From: Scyliorhinus canicula
Lineage: Eukaryota
Direction: 5' to 3'
Length of the DNA stretch: 64,000 bases
Assembly: GCF_902713615.1 (NCBI RefSeq)
Contig: NC_052152.1
Location: 32,587,810-32,651,809 of the forward strand
The notes under the pieces were generated by a model. That model made no database searches, was not told the origin of the DNA, and saw nothing but the letters and a program-made list of their open reading frames with translations. Below are positions 59,101 to 64,000 of this stretch, in pieces. The position numbers and the translations under genes are program-made. The number at the start of each line of letters is the position of its first letter. Position 1 is the first letter of the stretch.

Positions 59101-62100
59101 GACCGGGAATGTCAGAGTGTGCCCGGGAATGTCAGTGTGTACAGGGAATTTCAGTGTGCCCGGGAATGTCAGTGTGTAACGGGAATGTCAGTCTGCCTGT
59201 GCCCGGGAATGTGAGTGAGCCTGTGCCCGGGAATGCCAGTGTGTCTGTGCACCGGGAATGTCTGTGTCTGTGCATCGGGAACATCAGTGTGCACCGGGAA
59301 TGTCACTATGCACCGGGAATGTCAGTGTGCCCGGGAATGTCAGTGTGCCCGGGAATGCCAGTGTGTCTGTGCACCGGGAATGTCAGTGTGCACCGGGAAT
59401 GTCAGTGTGCCCGGGAATGTCAGTATGTCTGTGCCCGGGAATGTCAGTGTGTACCATGAATGTCAGTGTGCCCGGGAATGTCAGTGTGTACAGGGAATGT
59501 CAGTCTACCCGGGAATGTCAGTGTGCCTGTGACCGGGAATGTCAGAGTGTGCCCGGGAATGTCAGTGTGTACAGGGAATGTCAGTGTGCCCGGGAATGTC
59601 AGTGTGTACCGGGAATGTCAGTCTGCCTGTGCCCGGGAATGTGAGTGAGCCTGTGCCCGGGAATGCCAGTGTGCACCGGGAATGCCAGTGTGCCCAGGAA
59701 TGTCAATGTGTCTGTGACCAGGAATGTCATTGTGTCTGTGCACGGGAATGCCAGTGTGCCTAGCCCGGGATGTCAGTGTGTGTCTGTGCCTGGTAATGTC
59801 AGTGTGCACTGGGAATGCAAGTGTGTCTGTGTCTGGGAATGCCAGTGTGCACCAGGAATGTCAGTGTGACCAGGAATGTCATTGTGTCTGTGCACGGGAA
59901 TATCAGTGTGCCTCGCCCGGAATGTCAGTGTGTCTCTGTCCGGGAATGTCAGTGAGCCTGGGAATGTCAGTATGCCCGGGAATGTCAGTGTATCTATGCC
60001 TGGGAATGTCAGTTTGCCGTGTCCGGGACAGTCAATGTGCCCAGGAATCTCAGTGTGTCTGTGACCAGGAATATCATTGTGTCTGTGCACGAGAATGTCA
60101 GTGTGCCTAGCCCGGAATGTCAGTGTGTGTCTGTGCCTGGGAATGTCAGTGCGTCTGTGCCCGGGAATGCCTGTGTGCCTGGGAATGTCAATGTGCACCG
60201 GGAATGTCAGTGTGTCTGGGACTGTCAGTGTGCCTGTGCCCGGGACTGTCAGTGTGTCCGGGAATGTCAGTGTGTTTGTGCCTCGGAATGTCAGTGTGCT
60301 CGGGAATGTCAGTGTGTCTGTGCCCAGGATTATCAGTGTGCCTGGGAATGTCAGTGTGTCTGTGCCCTGGAATGTCAGTGTCTGTGCCTGGGAATGTCAG
60401 TGCGTCGGTGCCCGGGAATGTCAGAGTGCCCCGGGAATGACTGTGCACGGGAATGTCAGTGTGCCCGGGAACGTCAGTGTGTCTGGGACTGTCAGTGTGT
60501 CTGTGTCCCGGAATATTCCTGTGCCCGGAATGTGTCTGTGCACCAGGAATGTCAGTGTACACTGGGAATGCCAGTGTGCACCGGGAATGCCAGTGTGCCC
60601 AGGAATGTCAATAATTCTGTGTCAGGGAATGTCAAAGTGTCTGTGCCCGAGAATATGCCTAGCCGGGAATATCAGTGTTCCTATGCCCGGAATGTCAGTG
60701 TGTCTCTGTCTGGGAATGTCAGTGTGCCTGGGAATGTCAGTGTGCCTGTGCCTGGGAATGTCAGTGTGCCTGTGCCTGGGAATTCCAGTGTGCACTGGGA
60801 ATGCCAGTGTGCACCGGGAATGCCAGCGTGCCCAGGAATGTCAGTATGCCCGGGAATGTCAGTGAGCCTAGCTGAGAATGTCAGTGTTTCTGGGAATGTC
60901 AGTGTTCACTAGGAGTGTCAGTGTGTCTGTGCCCGGGAATGTCAGTGTGTCTGTGCCAGGGAATGTCAGTGTGCCTGTGCCCGGGAATGTCAGTGTGCCT
61001 GTGCCCGGGAATGTCAGTGTGTTTGTGCCCGGGAATGTCAGTGTGTCGGTGCCCAGGAATGTCAGTGTACCCGGGAATGTCAGTGCGTCTGTGCACTGGG
61101 AATGTCAAAGTGCCCGGGAATGTCAGTGTGTCTGTGCCTGGGAATGTCAGTGTGTCTGTGCCAAGAAATGTCAGTGTCTCTGTGCTCGGGAATGTCAGTG
61201 TGCCCAGGAATGTCAGTCTGTCTTGCCCGGGAATGTCAGTGTGACCAGGAATGTCATTGTGCCTGTGCCCGGGAATGTCAGCTTGCCCGGGAATGTCAGT
61301 GTGCACCGGGAATGCCAGTGTGTCTGTGCCCGGGAGTGTCATTGTGTCCGGGAATGTCAAGGTGTCTGTGCCCGAATATGTCCATATGCCCGGGAGTAAA
61401 GCCTAGCCAGGAATGTCAGTGTTCCTGTGCACCGGGAATGTCAGTGTGCACCGGGAATATCAGTGTTCCTGGGAATGTCATTGTGACCGGGAGTGTCAGT
61501 GTGTATGTGCACCCGGAATGTCAGTGTGTCTGGGAATGTCAGTGTACACCGGGAATGTCATTGTGCATCGGGAATGTCAGTGTGCATCGGGAATGTCAGT
61601 GTGCTTGGGTATGCAAGTGTTACTGGGAATGTCAGTGTGCCCGGGATAGTCAGTGTGCCTGAAACTGTCAGTGTGTCTGTGCCCGGGAATGTCAATGTGC
61701 CCGGGAATGTCAATGTGCCCGGGAATGTCAGTGTGTACCGGCAATGTCAGTGTGCACCGGCAATGTCACTGTGCACCGGGAATGTCACTGTGCACCTGGA
61801 ATGTCAGTGTGTCAGTGCACCGGGAATGTTAGTGTGTGCGGGAATGTCAGTGTGCCCAGGAATGTCAGTGTGCACCAGGAACATTAGTGTGCCCGGGATA
61901 GTCAGTGTGCCTGAAACTGTCAGTGTGTCTGTGCCCGGGAATGTCATTGTGTCTGTGCCCGGGAATGTCAGTGTGTACCGGCAATGTCAGTGTGCACCGG
62001 CAATGTCAGTGTGCCCGGGAATGTCATTGTGCACCGGGAATGTCACTGTGCACCTGGAATGTCAGTGTGTCAGTGCACCGGGAATGTTAGTGTGCACGGG

Positions 62101-64000
62101 AATGTCAGTGTGTCTGTGCACCGGGAACGTCAGTGTGCACCGGAAATGTCAGTGTGCACCGGGAATGTCAGTGTGCCCGGGAACGTCAGTGTGCCCAGGA
62201 ATGCCAGTGTGCCCAGGAATGTCAGTGTGCACCGGGAACATTAGTGTGCCCGGGATAGTCAGTGTGCCTGAAACTGTCAGTGAGTCAGTGCCCGGGAATG
62301 TCATTGTGTCTGTGCCCGGGAATGTCATTGTGTCTGTGCCCGGGATGTCAATGTGCCCGGGAATGTCAGTGTGTACCGGCAATGCCAGTGTGCACCGGCA
62401 ATGTCAGTGTGCCCGGGAATGTCACTGTGCACCGGGAATGTCACTGTGCACCTGGAATGTCAGTGTGTCAGTGCACCGGGAATGTTAGTGTGCACGGGAA
62501 TGTCAGTGTGTCTGTGCACCGGGAACGTCAGTGTGCACCGGAAATGTCAGTGGGCACCGGAAATGTCAGTGTGCACCGGGAATGTCAATGTGTCTGTGCC
62601 CGGGAATGTCAATGTGCCCGGGAATGTCAGTGTGTACCGGCAATGTCAGTGTGCACCGGCAATGTCAGTGTGCACCGGCAATGTCACTGTGCACCGGGAA
62701 TGTCACTGTGCACTGGGAATGTCACTGTGCACCTGGAATGTCATTGTGTCAGTGCACCGGGAATGTTAGTGTGCACGGGAATGTCAGTGTGTCTGTGCAC
62801 CGGGAACGTCAGTGTGCACCGCGAACGTCAGTGTGCACCGGAAATGTCAGTGTGTCTGGGACTGTCAGTGTTTTTGTGCCCGGGAATGTCAGTGTGCCTG
62901 TGCCCGGGAATGTCAGTGTGCCTGTGCCCGGGAATCTCAGTGTGCCTGTGCCCGGGAATGTCAGTGTGTTTGTGCCCGGGAATGTCAGTGTGTCGGTGCC
63001 CAGGAATGTCAGTGTACCCGGGAATGTCAGTGTGTCTGTGCACTGGGAATGTCAAAGTGCCCGGGAATGTCAGTGTGTCTGTGCCTGGGAATGTCAGTGT
63101 GTCTGTGCCAAGAAATGTCAGTGTCTCTGTGCTCGGGAATGTCAGTGTGCCCAGGAATGTCAGTCTGTCTTGCCCGGGAATGTCAGTGTGACCAGGAATG
63201 TCATTGTGCCTGTGCCCGGGAATGTCAGCTTTCCCGGGAAAGTCAGCTTGCCCGGGAATGTCAGTGTGTCTGTGTCCGGGAGTGTCATTGTGTCCGGGAA
63301 TGTCAAGGTGTCTGTGCCCGAATATGTCCATATGCCCGGGAGTAAAGCCTAGCCAGGAATGTCAGTGTTCCTGTGCACCGGGAATGTCAGTGTGCACCGG
63401 GAATATCAGTGTTCCTGGGAATGTCATTGTGACCGGGAGTGTCAGTGTGTATGTGCACCCGGAATGTCAGTGTACACCGGGAATGTCAGTGTACACCGGG
63501 AATGTCAGTGTGCATCGGGAATGTCAGTGTGCTTGGGTATGCAAGTGTTACTGGGAATGCCAGTGTGTCTGGGAATGTCAGTGTGCCCAGGAATGTCAGT
63601 GTGCACCGGGAAACATTAGTGTGCCCGGGATAGTCAGTGTGCCTGAAACTGTCAGTGTGTCTGTGCCCGGGAATGTCATTGTGTCTGTGCCCGGGAATGT
63701 CAGTGTGCACCGGCAATGTCAGTGTGCACCGGCAATGTCAGTGTGCCCGGGAATGTCACTGTGCACCGGGAATGTCACTGTGCACCTGGAATGTCAGTGT
63801 GTCAGTGCACCGGGAATGTTAGTGTGCACGGGAATGTCAGTGTGTCTGTGCACCGGGAACGTCAGTGTGCACCGGGAATGTCAGTGTGTCTGGGACTGTT
63901 AGTGTGTCTGTGCCCGGGAATGTCAGTGTGCCTGGGAATGTCAGTGTGCCTGTGCCTGGGAATTCCAGTGTGCACTGGGAATTCCAGTGTGCACTGGGAA
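56179..64000. repeat. Long satellite of 18-25 bp units (ccgggaatgtcagtgtg[tctgtg]c), running off the window
   Basis: Hundreds of units. Internal block duplications at offsets 326 bp (57771 vs 58097) and 1946 bp (61371 vs 63317). Confidence 0.97.

Noticed and set aside
56014-63902. Many Cys-rich ORFs (RECQCA / PGMSVC / GNVSV) resembling keratin-associated or metallothionein-like proteins
   Set aside because: All frames of a stop-poor satellite give such ORFs; frames switch constantly and none is preferred.

Overview
Vertebrate genomic DNA, very probably a shark (inferred from abundant HE1-type V-SINEs plus CR1, L1 and Rex1 LINEs and a Gypsy element). Most of the window is repeats. The only host coding content I can support is a tandem pair of three-exon C3orf38 (DUF4518) genes on the minus strand. 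Gene A (exons 55520-55394, 49575-49388, 42888 or 42837-42220; about 310-327 aa) is the conventional copy, with a GC-rich promoter. Gene B (exons 35512-35389, 23587-21795, 18848-18282; 827 aa) is a diverged but intact paralog with the same intron phases. Its short interdomain linker is replaced by about 28 copies of a 15-residue E/Q/R/A repeat, predicted to form a very long helical rod. Other notable items: a Gypsy element with a self-complementary site instead of a tRNA primer site and a YLDN RT motif; a 79-bp mini-LTR; CCAAT/octamer-bearing 131-bp CR1 monomers head-to-head with gene B; and three tandem arrays around gene A exon 1, including a satellite of more than 7.8 kb. There is an assembly gap at 30006-30595. 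All calls were made by eye, with no searches run.
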